Shown here in pieces: positions 27,301-39,702 of a stretch of 64,000 bases of DNA (its first letter is position 1; every line of letters begins with the position of its first letter). Source of the stretch: Eledone cirrhosa (taxonomy: Eukaryota); NCBI GenBank assembly GCA_964016885.1, contig OZ024742.1, forward strand, positions 128,526,001-128,590,000. Reading direction: 5' to 3'. The notes below the pieces were generated by a model that worked only from the letters and a program-made list of their open reading frames with translations, was not told the origin of the DNA and searched no databases. A program made the translations under genes and the position numbers.

Positions 27301-27963
27301 CTGGCATAAATTCCATAAAATGTACACAATGCAGATCTTGGGTACACAAGAGATGTAATGGGATAGCAAGTAAACTAACAGGTAAGGAAAAATATGTATG
27401 CAGTAGATGTACAGGGAAAGTTGGCAGTAGTAATCACTGTGATAGACTCATTTTTCGAATGCAGGTGGGTTCTATAGAAGTGGTTGATAGCTTCCGGTAC
27501 CTAGGAGATCAGATTAGCATGGGAGGGGGTGTTCTGAGGCCATAGTATCTAGAATAAGGACGGGTTGGAAGAAGTTTAGGGAGCTGCTTCCTCTGCTGAC
27601 AAAGAAGGGTTTCTCCCTGCATACGAAAGGATGGTTATATGATGCCTGTGTGAGATGCGCAATGCTGCATAGTAGTGAGACAAGGGCATCAACTGCAGAA
27701 GATATGCGACGGCTGGAGAGAAATGAAGTAAGTATACTCCGTTGGATGTGCAATGTCAATGTGCGTGAACGACCAAGCATAGACGAGTTGAGAAAGAAAC
27801 TGGGTATAAGAGGGATAAGTTGTGGTGATCAGGAGAGAAGGCTTAGATGGTATGGACATGTGATGCGCATGGAGGATGACCGATGGGTGAAGAAGTGCCA
27901 GGAAGTCCCGTCCAACCCTTACAAGCAGGGAAAAGCGGACGTCAAATGATGATGATGATGATG
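24338..27963 (+). mobile_element. Near-full-length RTE LINE (subfamily A), inactivated: 5' UTR, APE endonuclease, RT
   Basis: LRVATLNVG, VQEVRW, ISAYAPQ, GDFNGHVG, SQIDF, AFVDLEKAFDRVP, GVHQGSVL, LYADDL in shifting frames; (gat)n tail then (TA)n. Confidence 0.95.
24465..25060 (+). repeat. Tandem repeats in the RTE 5' UTR (~89-90 bp x3.5, then ~119 bp x2)
   Basis: ggcacgaataaa at ~24470, 24560, 24649, 24738; caacaactgcg...caagcaatcgcacaa duplicated. Confidence 0.85.
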
Positions 27964-27964
27964 A

Positions 27965-28070
<106 letters not shown>

Positions 28071-28094
28071 TATGTATATAAATGTGTGTATATA

Positions 28095-28621
<527 letters not shown>

Positions 28622-28625
<4 letters not shown>

Positions 28626-28770
28626 CTCAGAACAGAGCCCTGGTGGACACCGACGTGTATGCTAAACTCCTCGCTATAGTTATTACTAATCCTAACTTTG
28701 CTGACTGCTCCCCTATACATGGCTTGTACAGCTTTCACAAGCCATTCATCTACTCTTAGTTTTCTCCAGA
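28622..28770 (-). mobile_element. RTE RT fragment
   Basis: Minus strand RKLRVDEWLVKAVQAMYRGAVSKVRISNNYSEEFSIHVGVHQGSVLSP. Confidence 0.88.
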
Positions 28771-28869
28771 TCAACGAATGCCAGGTAGAGCGGCTTACTT
28801 TTAGCTATGTATATATATATATATTCTTTATTTCAGACGCGGATGGCTAACATACAACATTCAGTCCTA

Positions 28870-29135
28870 AATAAATGAGGTCGTGTAGGTGTCATGGCAA
28901 AAAAATACATAGTCCACGCTGTAATGTGGCCGTCTAGCTAACATGGTAAAAACCTCCCAGTCCACACTATAAACATGGTTGGTGTTAGGAAGGGCATCAA
29001 GCTGTAGAAAACCTGCCAGACTGTCCTATATGAGTGAGAAAACCAATCTTGCTTCAAGTGGGACAACTCCCCTCTAAACCCATGCTAGCGTGGAAGATAG
29101 ACGTTAAACGATGATGATGATGATGATGATGATGT
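28870..29135 (+). mobile_element. RTE subfamily B 3' UTR copy
   Basis: Matches 43430-43690; ends ggaagatagacgttaaacgatgatgat. Confidence 0.85.
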
Positions 29136-29221
29136 TGATATATATATACATATATATTTGTTTTCACTCTTAACACGGTGGATACCTAAATGTATTTATG
29201 AGTGAATAATAATAATATTAT

Positions 29222-29410
29222 AATTGTTTCTACTTTTGGCACAAGGTCAGCAATTATCCCAGTGCACTACTGGTACTTTATTTTATCGACCCCATGAAGA
29301 TGAAAGGCAAAGTCTGTTGGTGGGATTTGAACTCAGACCGTAAGGGGGCGTAACTCTATGCTACAAAGCAGGGCGACCGACCCTCTACCGATACTGTCAA
29401 TCCACCCTCC
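29222..29410 (-). mobile_element. SINE family S2
   Basis: Reverse complement of 30465-30655. Confidence 0.88.
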
Positions 29411-30030
29411 TTGATAATATTACAATATCATGATATTATCAATATTCAGTTTGTTTGCCTGTAAACAGCCTCATAAACCCCACGTGTTAGATGACAACAC
29501 CATCCTTTTGTTCCAGCAATAGCTGCTGCCTTCTCATTGTTTTTGATGGCTCTCCTTTGGCTTACTCCCATAATGCCTATAGTTCAAATGGCTTCTAACG
29601 TTTGGCTGCCAATCTGAAATATATTATTGTTTTAACACTTGCATGTATTAAATGATTTTTTAATGTTAATTTTATATCACAATTGGTGAACAATATTGCT
29701 GTTCATTACAGATATCAAATAGGCCATTGATCGGTTCACTGCATTTCTGACAGCAAGAGTAATAAAGTATTATCTGTGTAACTCAGTGTGGAGAAATATC
29801 ACAAATGGTGCTTTTATTTCAAAGCACCATTTTTTTTTCTCAGTAATATGCACATACAGTTTAATGAAGGGGAGCCCTAAAACACAAATGGGCTCAACAC
29901 AGATTAATGAAACTTACCTTATTGGCCAATACTGAATAATCAACCACTGATTATCAACTATGGAATTATATAATTATGTACTGCGATATGAAGATGCATA
30001 TTATAATTGTATGTAAGTAATATATTATAA

Positions 30031-30355
30031 GGTGATGAATTGGCAGAGTCGTTAGAACATGGGATAGAATGCTTTGGGGTATTCATTTCAGCTCTCTTCT
30101 TTCTGAGTTCAAATCCCACCAAGGTCAACTTTGCCTTTCATCCATTTCAGGTTGATAAAAAAAAAGTACCAGTTTAGTACTGAAATTGATTCTTCCTCTA
30201 TACCTTTTTCTTATTTCCTCTCTCTCGCTCTCTATCCTTCTCTGAAAGAAATTTGCAGTATTCAGTCCTAGAAAGGACTGGGCTCTGCCAGGTTTTAAAA
30301 TGCTCTAGAAATGCTGTATGTCAATATGGCACCCCTCACTCAGGAGTTATAGGAT
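30031..30355 (+). mobile_element. Nin-domain-like SINE, long-tail variant
   Basis: tggcagagtcgttag A box, gagttcaaatcc B box, tttgcctttcatcc core, tail shared with 19772-19976. Confidence 0.8.
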
Positions 30356-30464
30356 GATGCATGCTATGCTAATATTTTGTAATTAATCATAATTATGAAA
30401 GTATATGATATATGAGCCCGCTTTGAAAAATGGTGAAATTTTGATGTTTTTACATTATAATATA

Positions 30465-30655
30465 GGGCAGTGGATTGGCAGTATCGGTAAAGAGTCTGAC
30501 GCCATGCTTTGTAGCAAAGAGTTACGGCACTTCATGGTCTGAGTTCAAATCCCGCCGAGGTTAACTTTGCCTTTCATCCTTACAGGGTCGATAAAATAAA
30601 GTACCAGTAATATACTGGGATAATTACTGGCCTTGTGCCAAAAGTAGAAATCATT
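30465..30655 (+). mobile_element. SINE family S2, full length
   Basis: gggcagtggattggcagtatcggta...gagttcaaatcccgccgagg...ggccttgtgccaaaagtagaaa. Confidence 0.9.
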
Positions 30656-31198
30656 ATAATATATGAGTTCTTAAATTTGATCCTTAAATTTTATTTTTTG
30701 CCTAAGTAAGTAAAGATAACAGGAATCATTATTACTGGAGGGTTTTTGAAACCTTTAAATAAGCGTATAATTGGAATTTAAAAAGAATAATTCCATTTTA
30801 AAATATCAATTAAACACATATCCTCTCAGGTGGATAGCAGAGTCTTTTTTCTACATTGAGCCCCTTAAGCCTAGAGGGAGTTACATTCCCTGGGCAGTTT
30901 CAAGTAATTTCCAGTTGTCTAGATCAGCATGTTTGAGCTCTAGAAACAAAGTTATATTACAGTGGTCGACATAGATTGTATATCCTAAGAAATAATACAT
31001 GTTTCTTATGTATTTCTACATGATGAAAGCAATGTGGTTTCTGTTTAAACGCAAGACCAACAATTTTTGGGGAGGGGAAAGTCGATTAAATCAATCCCAG
31101 TGTGTTACTGCCACTCTATTTTATCTACCCAGTAAGGATGAAAGTAAATCTAACCATGGCATGATTCGGACTCATATAACTATACCTATCAATAATAA

Positions 31199-31415
31199 GG
31201 TGGCAAATTGGCAGAGTTGTTAAAACATCTGATAGAGGTCAACTTTGCCTTTCATCCTTTCGAGGTCAATAAAAAAAATTACCAGTCTAGTACTGGGGTG
31301 GATTCTTCCTCTATATCTCTTTCTCATTTCCTCTCTCTCACTGTCTATCTTTCTCTGGAAGAAATCTGCTGAACTCAGGCCTGGAGAGAAATGTTGTATG
31401 GAGTTACAGGACCAT
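31199..31415 (+). mobile_element. Nin-domain-like SINE, long-tail variant with deletions
   Basis: Contains taccagtctagtactggggtggattcttcctcta, one copy of the 38-bp satellite unit. Confidence 0.8.
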
Positions 31416-31434
31416 ACATACATACATACATACA

Positions 31435-31465
<31 letters not shown>

Positions 31466-31865
31466 CAATAATAATAAAGAAAAACAATAATGACCAATTA
31501 TCAAAACTGTTTAATTATTATTAACCTTTCTTTTCCAATTAATCAGCAAAATGTCTGATATGGCTGGTACTGATTATCTCCTAATTAGTCAGTGTGCTAC
31601 TTGTCTAAAGTATATCTGACATGATGCTTTTTAAAATCAATAAACTAAGAAAGTATCTGTTCTTTTGAATCAATTTCTTGTATTGGACATAATATAAGCT
31701 ACAAGAGTTGCAGGTAACTAAGTTTTATGAGAAATAACCGATGAAACAGTCAAGTGGATAAGGTCATTGTGTTGTGGAAGTAGCTAAGATACTAACAACA
31801 TAACATTGACTTAACTGGAAATAGATAATACAAAGGACCATCATCAATTGTTGCTGCTTTTATTG

Positions 31866-31922
<57 letters not shown>

Positions 31923-31923
<1 letters not shown>

Positions 31924-32109
31924 TTGAAAAAAATGAAGACGAAATTTCATTTCTCACTCTTAGTATGGCACTTACTTAAATGTAAGTATGTATGTATACG
32001 TACATACATATATGTATACAGACGTACAGTAGCATGCATATATATACATATATATATATGATGCGTGCATATATGTATGTGTACCTGTATGTATATATGT
32101 ATATATATG

Positions 32110-32140
<31 letters not shown>

Positions 32141-32597
32141 GCATGCTACTGTACGTCTGTATACATATATGTATGTACGTATACATACATACTTACATTT
32201 AAGTAAGTGCCATACTAAGAGTGAGAAATGAAATTTCGTTTTCATTTTTTTCAACTTATCGTTTTCGGTATGCCTGACCGATTTAACTCACTCAATATGC
32301 AAATTAGGCTGCTCAGCCGTTAATTTTCATAAGGAAAGTATATACTTTCGAACGTTCAACTATCTGGCAGATGGGTAAACGGTGCTGATGATAGCTAACA
32401 AGCTTGAAACTAGTACATCGTTCCTGTGTCAGTGTTGAACAAAAAGGTGACGTGGTTGCCTTAACACCGTATGGCATAAATTCAGGCTGTTCGGTTTGTT
32501 GACAAACAAACGAACAAAGCGGCGTTGTAATAAACGTCCGCTAAACTGATGCGTGCATATATGTATGTGTATCTGTATGTATATATGTATATATATG

Positions 32598-32630
<33 letters not shown>

Positions 32631-32683
32631 GCATGCTACTGTACGTCTGTATACATATATGTATGTACGTATACATACATACT

Positions 32684-32690
<7 letters not shown>
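31923..32690 (+). mobile_element. Family H1: inverted 5' arm plus ~1.3 head-to-tail monomers (period ~488 bp)
   Basis: 31923-32058 inverted against 32120-32256; 32061-32198 directly repeated at 32549-32688. Confidence 0.88.
32378..32422 (+). ncRNA. Minimal type I hammerhead ribozyme
   Basis: aacggtg-CTGATGA-tagct aaca agctt-GAAA-CTAG-TA-catcgtt. Confidence 0.85.
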
Positions 32691-32717
<27 letters not shown>

Positions 32718-33302
32718 CTGTAAATGAGGTGGGCGTTAGGAATGGCATCCAGCTGTAGAAATGAAGCCCAAATCAGTTCTGTATGAGCAAGACATGGTCG
32801 CTTGACCTGGCATTGCCCACAACCTGTCTAACCCATGCTAGTGTGGAAGAATGGACGAAAAACTATGATGATGATGATGATGTTGATGATATATATATAT
32901 ATATATATGTATGTATATATATATATAAATATTATATATATTTATGCATATTATGTACATATGTATACATATATATATATTAAGACAGTGGGGAATAAAA
33001 AATGGCTTCACTTGTGCTTTCAACAAATTTATTTTCTTCACAAAATCCAAAAAGAATTTTTTTCTGGATTAGAAAAAAAATTTTTCTTAGAAAAAATTAT
33101 TTTATAAATTAAGTTGTTGGTTGTTGGTTAGGTCTTAGGAGTTCTTGGTTAACGTAGGAGGTATTGTTTCGTTTTTAGAACGACCTTTCACGCTGAGGTG
33201 CGCTTGTCAAACTGATGTGTATGTGGTGTGTTGTTCTATATATAGGGATTTAACATGTCTGTCTTAATATACCTAACTGTACCAAGGATTACACACATTT
33301 TC

Positions 33303-33344
<42 letters not shown>

Positions 33345-33389
33345 AATTTATACATATATATGTATATATAATATATATATTTATACATA

Positions 33390-33437
<48 letters not shown>

Positions 33438-33442
<5 letters not shown>

Positions 33443-36130
33443 GACGGAGACATCGTTATGCTAGCAGGAGACTTCAATGGTCATGTTGGACAGCTCCAGG
33501 ATGGTTACACTGGGGTACATGGTGGGCACGGTTACGGTTCAAGAAATGAAGAAGGAGTGAGACTTCTTGAATTTTGTGATGCAAGTACATTGACTATTTG
33601 CAACACAAACTTCCAGAAACCTGCCAATCACCTAATAACATACAAATCTGGTGAGCACATAAGCCAGATTGACTTCCTGCTAGTTAGGCAGCGGGACAGG
33701 CAGATAGTGTCTAATACCAAGGCATACCCTGGGGAAGAATGTACCCCACAGCATAGGTTAGTTGTTAGTGATATCTCAGTAAGCAAGAGATGGAATGAGG
33801 CATATAGGAAGGTGTGGAGAAGAAAGGTCTGGAAGCTAAAAGACCTTTCACTAAAATTCAAATTTAGGAAAGCCCTTCAAGATGTATATGACGAAAAAGA
33901 AGACGATTTAGAGACGTATGACATAGATAATAACTGGAAGTTCTTACGTGACAACTTGCTGCAGGCTACTGATGAAACCTGTGGCTGGAGCAGAGCTCCA
34001 ACCAGACAGAGAGTGACCTGGTGGTGGAACAGCACAGTAGATAAGGCTATTAGAGACAAAAGACTAGCATGGAAGCCTTGGAAAAAGGGTGGGAGTAGGG
34101 AAGAATATACAGCCACTAAGAGAGAAGCTAGACGTCAGGTGTACTTAGCACGCAGGGAGGCAGAGAGTAGGAGGTTTGCCAATGTTCTGCGATGGGAAGA
34201 TCAGAGGCGTGCGGTGTTCCACATTGCAAGGCAGTGTGTCAATGCAAATCAGGATGTTGTTGGTGATAAATGTGTCCGGGATGATGCCGGTGTACTTAGT
34301 GTCACGAATGACCAGAAAAAGGAGGCCTGGAAATGTCATTATGAGAGACTGATGAATGTGGAGAACGAATGGGAGAGAGAGAAATTACCCTTGGTAGATC
34401 CGACAGAGGGACCAGCTATTGAGATTGACGAATATAGGGTCCAAGAGGCGATTAGGGAAATGAAAAATGGTAAGGCGGCCGGACCATCGGGAATAGTTGC
34501 TGAGATGCTGAAGGCATCAGGGGACGTAGGCACTAAACTGGTTGCACGCATCATCAATCAGGCTATATATGGTGGTGTCATACCCAAAGACTGGTGCAGC
34601 AGTATTCTCATAAATTGCTACAAAGGTAAAGGGGATGCTTTGGAGAGGAGCAATTATAGGGGTATAAAACTGATAGATCAGGTTATGAAAGTGGCAGAAA
34701 GGATTTTAGCACAACTAATTAGAGAAAGGGTCAAACTAGATGAGATGCAGTTTGGTTTTGTGCCTGGGAAGAGTACAACAGATGCCCTCTTCTTGGTGAG
34801 ACAAATGCAAGAGAGGTTCTTAGAGAAGAATAAGCCACTATACTTAGCCTTTGTTGACCTAGAGAAGGCCTTTGATAGGGTACCCCGATCTGTCATCTGG
34901 TGGTCCCTAAGGAAGCTGGGTGTTGAGGAATGGCTTGGGAGGACAGTGCAAACTTTGTACAGAGGTACTCTCAGTAAAGTCAGGGTAGGAATGGAGTTTA
35001 GTGAGGAATTCCAGATACAAGTAGGAGTACATCAGGGTTCGGTCCTCAGCCCGCTCTTGTTCATTATAGTCCTCCAAGCCATAACAGAGGAGTTTAAGAC
35101 TGGCTGTCCATGGGAACTTCTCTATGCTGACGATCTGGCTCTTATGGCAGAATCAGTAGAGGAGCTAGAGAATAAATTCCGGCTATGGAAACAGCAGTTG
35201 GAAGCAAGAGGACTGAGAGTAAATCTAGCTAAGACAAAAGTGTTGATGAGTAGAAAAGAGGACAAAAGCCTGATTCCGTCAGGGAAATGGCCATGTTCGA
35301 TATGCAGAAAAGGAACTGGCATAAATTCTATAAAATGCACACAATGCAGGTCCTGGGTACACAAGAGATGTAGCGGGATAGCAGGCAAACTAACAGGTAG
35401 GGAGAAATATGTATGCAGTAGATGTACAGGGAAATTAGACAGTAGAAGTCGCACTGATAGACACATTTTTCAAATGCGAGAGGGCGCTATAGAAGTGGTG
35501 GATAGCTTCCGGTACCTAGGAGATCAGATTAGCATGGGAGGAGGGTGTTCGGAGGCCATAGTATCTAGAATAAGGACGGGTTGGAAGAAGTTTAGGGAGC
35601 TGCTTCCTCTGTTGACGAAGAAGGGTTTCTCCCTGCGTACGAAAGGCCGGTTGTATGATGCCTGTGTGAGGAGCGCGATGCTGCATGGTAGTGAGACATG
35701 GGCAGCAACCGCAGAGGATATGCGACGGCTGGAGAGAAATGAGGCAAGCATGCTCCGTTGGATGTGCAGTGTAAATGTGCGTGAACGACCCAGCATAAAT
35801 GTGTTGAGAGAGAAACTGTGTCTGAGAGGGATAGAATGTAGTGTACGGGAGAGGAGACTGAGGTGGTATGGACATGTGATGCGCATGGAGGATGACCGAT
35901 GGGTGAAGAAGTGCCAGGAAATGCCAGTTGAAGGAAGACGTGGTAGAGGTAGACCACGAAAAACATGGGCGGAGGTGGTGAGAACAGACCTCAGATCATT
36001 GAAGCTCACGGTGGAGATGACGAGGGACCGTGACGAGTGGAGGGAGAGATGCTGTGCTGAATAAGACCCGTCCCACCCTTGCAAGCAGGGAAAAGCGGAC
36101 GTAAAATGATGATGATGATGATGATGATGA
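33438..36130 (+). mobile_element. RTE LINE (subfamily A), 5'-truncated, inserted in (TA)n
   Basis: (TA)n on both sides; uninterrupted ORF; ~50-bp 3' UTR then (gat)n. Confidence 0.97.
33458..36064 (+). CDS. RTE polyprotein: C-terminal half of APE endonuclease, reverse transcriptase, inserted PHD-type finger (N-terminus missing)
   Basis: 868 aa; GDFNGHVG, SQIDF, QFGF, AFVDLEKAFDRVP, GVHQGSVLSP, LYADDL, CSIC-x10-CTQC-x4-H-x2-C-x14-[27 protein letters not shown]. Confidence 0.93.
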   Translation: MLAGDFNGHVGQLQDGYTGVHGGHGYGSRNEEGVRLLEFCDASTLTICNTNFQKPANHLITYKSGEHISQIDFLLVRQRDRQIVSNTKAYPGEECTPQHRLVVSDISVSKRWNEAYRKVWRRKVWKLKDLSLKFKFRKALQDVYDEKEDDLETYDIDNNWKFLRDNLLQATDETCGWSRAPTRQRVTWWWNSTVDKAIRDKRLAWKPWKKGGSREEYTATKREARRQVYLARREAESRRFANVLRWEDQRRAVFHIARQCVNANQDVVGDKCVRDDAGVLSVTNDQKKEAWKCHYERLMNVENEWEREKLPLVDPTEGPAIEIDEYRVQEAIREMKNGKAAGPSGIVAEMLKASGDVGTKLVARIINQAIYGGVIPKDWCSSILINCYKGKGDALERSNYRGIKLIDQVMKVAERILAQLIRERVKLDEMQFGFVPGKSTTDALFLVRQMQERFLEKNKPLYLAFVDLEKAFDRVPRSVIWWSLRKLGVEEWLGRTVQTLYRGTLSKVRVGMEFSEEFQIQVGVHQGSVLSPLLFIIVLQAITEEFKTGCPWELLYADDLALMAESVEELENKFRLWKQQLEARGLRVNLAKTKVLMSRKEDKSLIPSGKWPCSICRKGTGINSIKCTQCRSWVHKRCSGIAGKLTGREKYVCSRCTGKLDSRSRTDRHIFQMREGAIEVVDSFRYLGDQISMGGGCSEAIVSRIRTGWKKFRELLPLLTKKGFSLRTKGRLYDACVRSAMLHGSETWAATAEDMRRLERNEASMLRWMCSVNVRERPSINVLREKLCLRGIECSVRERRLRWYGHVMRMEDDRWVKKCQEMPVEGRRGRGRPRKTWAEVVRTDLRSLKLTVEMTRDRDEWRERCCAE

Positions 36131-36203
36131 TATATATATATAAATATATATATATATATTTATACATATATATGTATGTATATATATATATATATATAAT
36201 GAT

Positions 36204-36245
<42 letters not shown>

Positions 36246-36250
<5 letters not shown>

Positions 36251-36390
36251 GTTTCTACTTTTGGCACAAGGCCAGCAATTAACCAGTGCATTACTGGTAC
36301 TTTATTTTATCGACCCCGTAAGGATGAAAGGCAAAGTCAACCTCGGCGGGATTTTGATCTCAGATTGTAAAGGGACGTAACTATGCTGGA
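36246..36390 (-). mobile_element. SINE family S2, partial
   Basis: tttctacttttggcacaaggccagc...ttatcgaccccgtaaggatgaaaggcaaag. Confidence 0.85.
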
Positions 36391-36409
36391 AAGATGTATA
36401 TATAATGAT

Positions 36410-36455
<46 letters not shown>

Positions 36456-36458
36456 GGT

Positions 36459-36499
<41 letters not shown>

Positions 36500-36500
<1 letters not shown>

Positions 36501-36591
36501 TTGTAATAAAATGAAAACGAAATTTCATTTCTCACTCTTAGTACGGCACTTACTTAAATGTAAGTATGTATGTATACGTACAGTAGCATGC

Positions 36592-36622
<31 letters not shown>

Positions 36623-37110
36623 TATACATACAGGTACACATACATATATGTACGTATCAGTTTAGCGGACGCTTATTATAGCGCCCGCTTTGTTCGTTTG
36701 TAAACAAACTGAACAGCCTGAATTTATGCTGCACGGTGTTAAGGCAACCACGTCACCTTTTTGTTCAACACTGACACAGGAACGATGTACTAGTTTCAAG
36801 CTTGTTAGCTATCATGCGCATGACCGATTTAACTCACTCGATATGCAAATTGGGCTGCTCAGCCGTTAATTTTCATAAGGAAAGTATATACTTTCGAACG
36901 TTCAACTATCTGGCAGATGGGTATACGGTGCTGATGATAGCTAACAAGCTTGAAACTAGTACATCGTTCCTGTGTCAGTGTTGAACAAAAAGGTGACGTG
37001 GTTGCCTTAACACCGTGCGGCATAAATTCAGGCTGTTCAGTTTGTTTACAAACGAACAAAGCGGGTGCTAAACTGATACGTACATATATGTATGTGTACC
37101 TGTATGTATA
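36500..37110. mobile_element. Family H1 fold-back copy (minus arm 36500-36815, plus arm 36820-37110)
   Basis: 36625-36814 inverted against 36934-37110; junction palindrome tcatgcgcatga at 36812-36823. Confidence 0.88.
36925..36967 (+). ncRNA. Minimal type I hammerhead ribozyme
   Basis: acggtg-CTGATGA-tagct aaca agctt-GAAA-CTAG-TA-catcgt. Confidence 0.85.
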
Positions 37111-37153
<43 letters not shown>

Positions 37154-37154
<1 letters not shown>

Positions 37155-37545
37155 CATCATCATCATCATCAACGTTTAACGTCCGTGTTCCACGCTTGCA
37201 TGGGTTTGGACGGGAGTAGTCCCACTTGAGGCAAGAGTGATTGTCTTGCTCGCATAGGACTGTCTGGCAGGTTTTCTACAGTTGGATGCCCTTCCTAACA
37301 CCAACCACATTTACAGTGTGGGGCTGGGAGGTTTTTACCGTGTTGCCTACACGGCCACATTACAGCGTGGACTGTGTGTTTTTTTGTCGTGACACCTACA
37401 CGATCTCATTTGTTTCGGCCTGGATGGTGCGGCACCAACATAACTTTACATAGAACGGGGTGGTGTGGATGGGGTGGGGGTGGTGGCGGGACGGGGTGTA
37501 TTTTGTTAGAGATGCCTACTGGCAAGGCGGGTCTTCTCTGTTACT
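37154..37545 (-). mobile_element. RTE subfamily B 3' end, truncated
   Basis: Reverse complement of 43270-43690. Confidence 0.88.
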
Positions 37546-37577
37546 GAGATACATGTATATATACATATGTATACACA

Positions 37578-37745
37578 TATCATCATCATCATCCTAATTT
37601 TACGTCCGCTTTTCCCTGCTTGCAAGGGTGGGACAGGTCCTATTCAGCACAGCATCTCTCCACTTGTCACGGTCTTTCGTCATCGCCTCTGTGAGCTTCA
37701 GCGATCTGAGGTCCACTCTCACCACTTCCACCCATGGTTTTCCTG
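37578..37745 (-). mobile_element. RTE subfamily A 3' end, truncated
   Basis: PWVEVVRVDLRSLKLTEAMTKDRDKWRDAVLN plus tail. Confidence 0.9.
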
Positions 37746-37749
37746 GTGT

Positions 37750-37787
<38 letters not shown>

Positions 37788-38222
37788 ATACACAAAGGAA
37801 TTGTGGTAAGGAACCAGATGGACCATAATGCACCAGAGTACTCAATACTTAGGGTAGTAGAGTGGGTAATAGGAAAAAGTATGACCCCGACGGCAGAACT
37901 CAAGCCGTTTTGATGGCTATTTTGGACTAAATTAGAATTTTTAGCCTGGTAAATAAATAGCCGAACTTGTCAAGGGGTACTTCCTTATATATATATACAA
38001 GAAGAAAAGAAAATTTCAATGATACAAAAGATTTCTTGGTGGAAGTTCAGGTGTAGTCTGGGTTGGTATCCAGTTTCGGGGTGAGAATCCAATTAGAAAA
38101 TCCAACAAAACGCCAGCACCAACAGTTTTGCAAGAGATGTCAACATGAATGGACCTGTTATATATATATGTTAGCGTGGAAAATAGACATTAAACAATGA
38201 TGATACATATATATGTACAAAT

Positions 38223-38559
38223 GGAGGCACATGGCTTAGTGGTTAGAGCATTGAGCTTTCAATCGAAAGGTTGTGAGTTCAATTCTCAGACCGGGTGATG
38301 TGTTGTTTCTTTGAGCAAGACACTTTATTTCACATTGTTCCAGTTTACTCAGCTGTAGAAATGAGATGATAGGACTGGGGTCCCTATCATTCCACTGCAA
38401 AGTGGTCGTGGAGGCGCCATGGCAAAAAAGCACCCACCACTCACTGTAAATGAGGTTGGTGTTAGGAAGGGCATCCAGCTGTAGAAATCAAGCCAGAATC
38501 AGTTCCCGTCCCACCCTTGCAAGCAGAGAAGAAAGGACGTAAAATGATGATGATGATGA

Positions 38560-38563
<4 letters not shown>
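38223..38563 (+). mobile_element. SINE family S1, full length
   Basis: Same head/body/tail as 21673. Confidence 0.92.
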
Positions 38564-38605
<42 letters not shown>

Positions 38606-38624
38606 AAATATATATATATTATAT

Positions 38625-38908
38625 GGTTGGTGTTAGGAAGGGCACCCAGCCGTAGAAAACCCGCCAGACGTGTAGGTGTCACTACAAAAATAACACACAG
38701 TCCACATGTAACGTGGCTGTGTAGGTAACACGGTAAAAACCTCCCAGTCCACACTGTAAACGTGGTTGGTGTTATGAAGGGCATCCAGCCGTAGAAAACC
38801 CGCCAGACAGTCCTATAAGAGCAGGACGACCAATCTTGCCTCAAATGGGAAAACTCCCGTCCAAACCCATGCAAGCGTGGAAGATGGACGTTAAACGATG
38901 ATGATGAT
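38625..38908 (+). mobile_element. RTE subfamily B 3' UTR-like copy
   Basis: Matches 43440-43690. Confidence 0.85.
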
Positions 38909-39702
38909 ATATATATATTGAGTTAAGAACTCAGAGTAGTCTCTTACAATTAAATAGCTCTAAGAAAAACGCTTTTCCGAGTCATACAATATAATTGAAT
39001 AAACAAGAGAGATGAACACTAATATATATATATATACACACACATAATAGATTAATATATAATATAATGTATATATTTGTGCCAGTGTTATAAAGAAGTA
39101 TTGTAAAACATAAAATAAATTCTTATTAATATCAATTTGAAAATAAAGAAAATTAGACACGCACGGAATAACATTTATTCATCAATATTTTCTATACTTT
39201 AATCCCACACAATATCCTTAGGTTAATATGTCCTTATGTATTGATCTGTATCTGCGTGTGTCAGGGAGGGGTTGTATGCTTGTAATAAAGACGCCTACGA
39301 AATTCCGCACAGGTATATATCATTATCAACATTGTTTAATGTCCATTTTCCATGCTAGCATGGGTCAGATGAGTTCTCCTTTTTGAGGCAAGTCTAGATT
39401 AGATGACCATGTCTTACTCATACAGAACCAATTTTGAGTTGATTTCTATGGCTGGATGCCCTTCATTAGTCTTATTGAATTTTGAATTATATATATATAT
39501 ATATATTCATTAGTTAAGCAATTGTTTGGCGGCCATCTTGTTACCCATAAGCAGGTCTCACACAATGCAGCCTCGACAGAAGAATACTGCTCGACTATGG
39601 CAGACAATTGATATACCCAGGACACCATAGTGAAATACCAATATATGGAACATTACATTTATGAAACATTCTTTCCTTATTTTAATTTATATTCCTTTTG
39701 AA

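Noticed and set aside
33628-36084. Minus-strand ORFs overlapping the RTE copies
   Set aside because: Antisense shadows of the RT frame with no recognisable motifs
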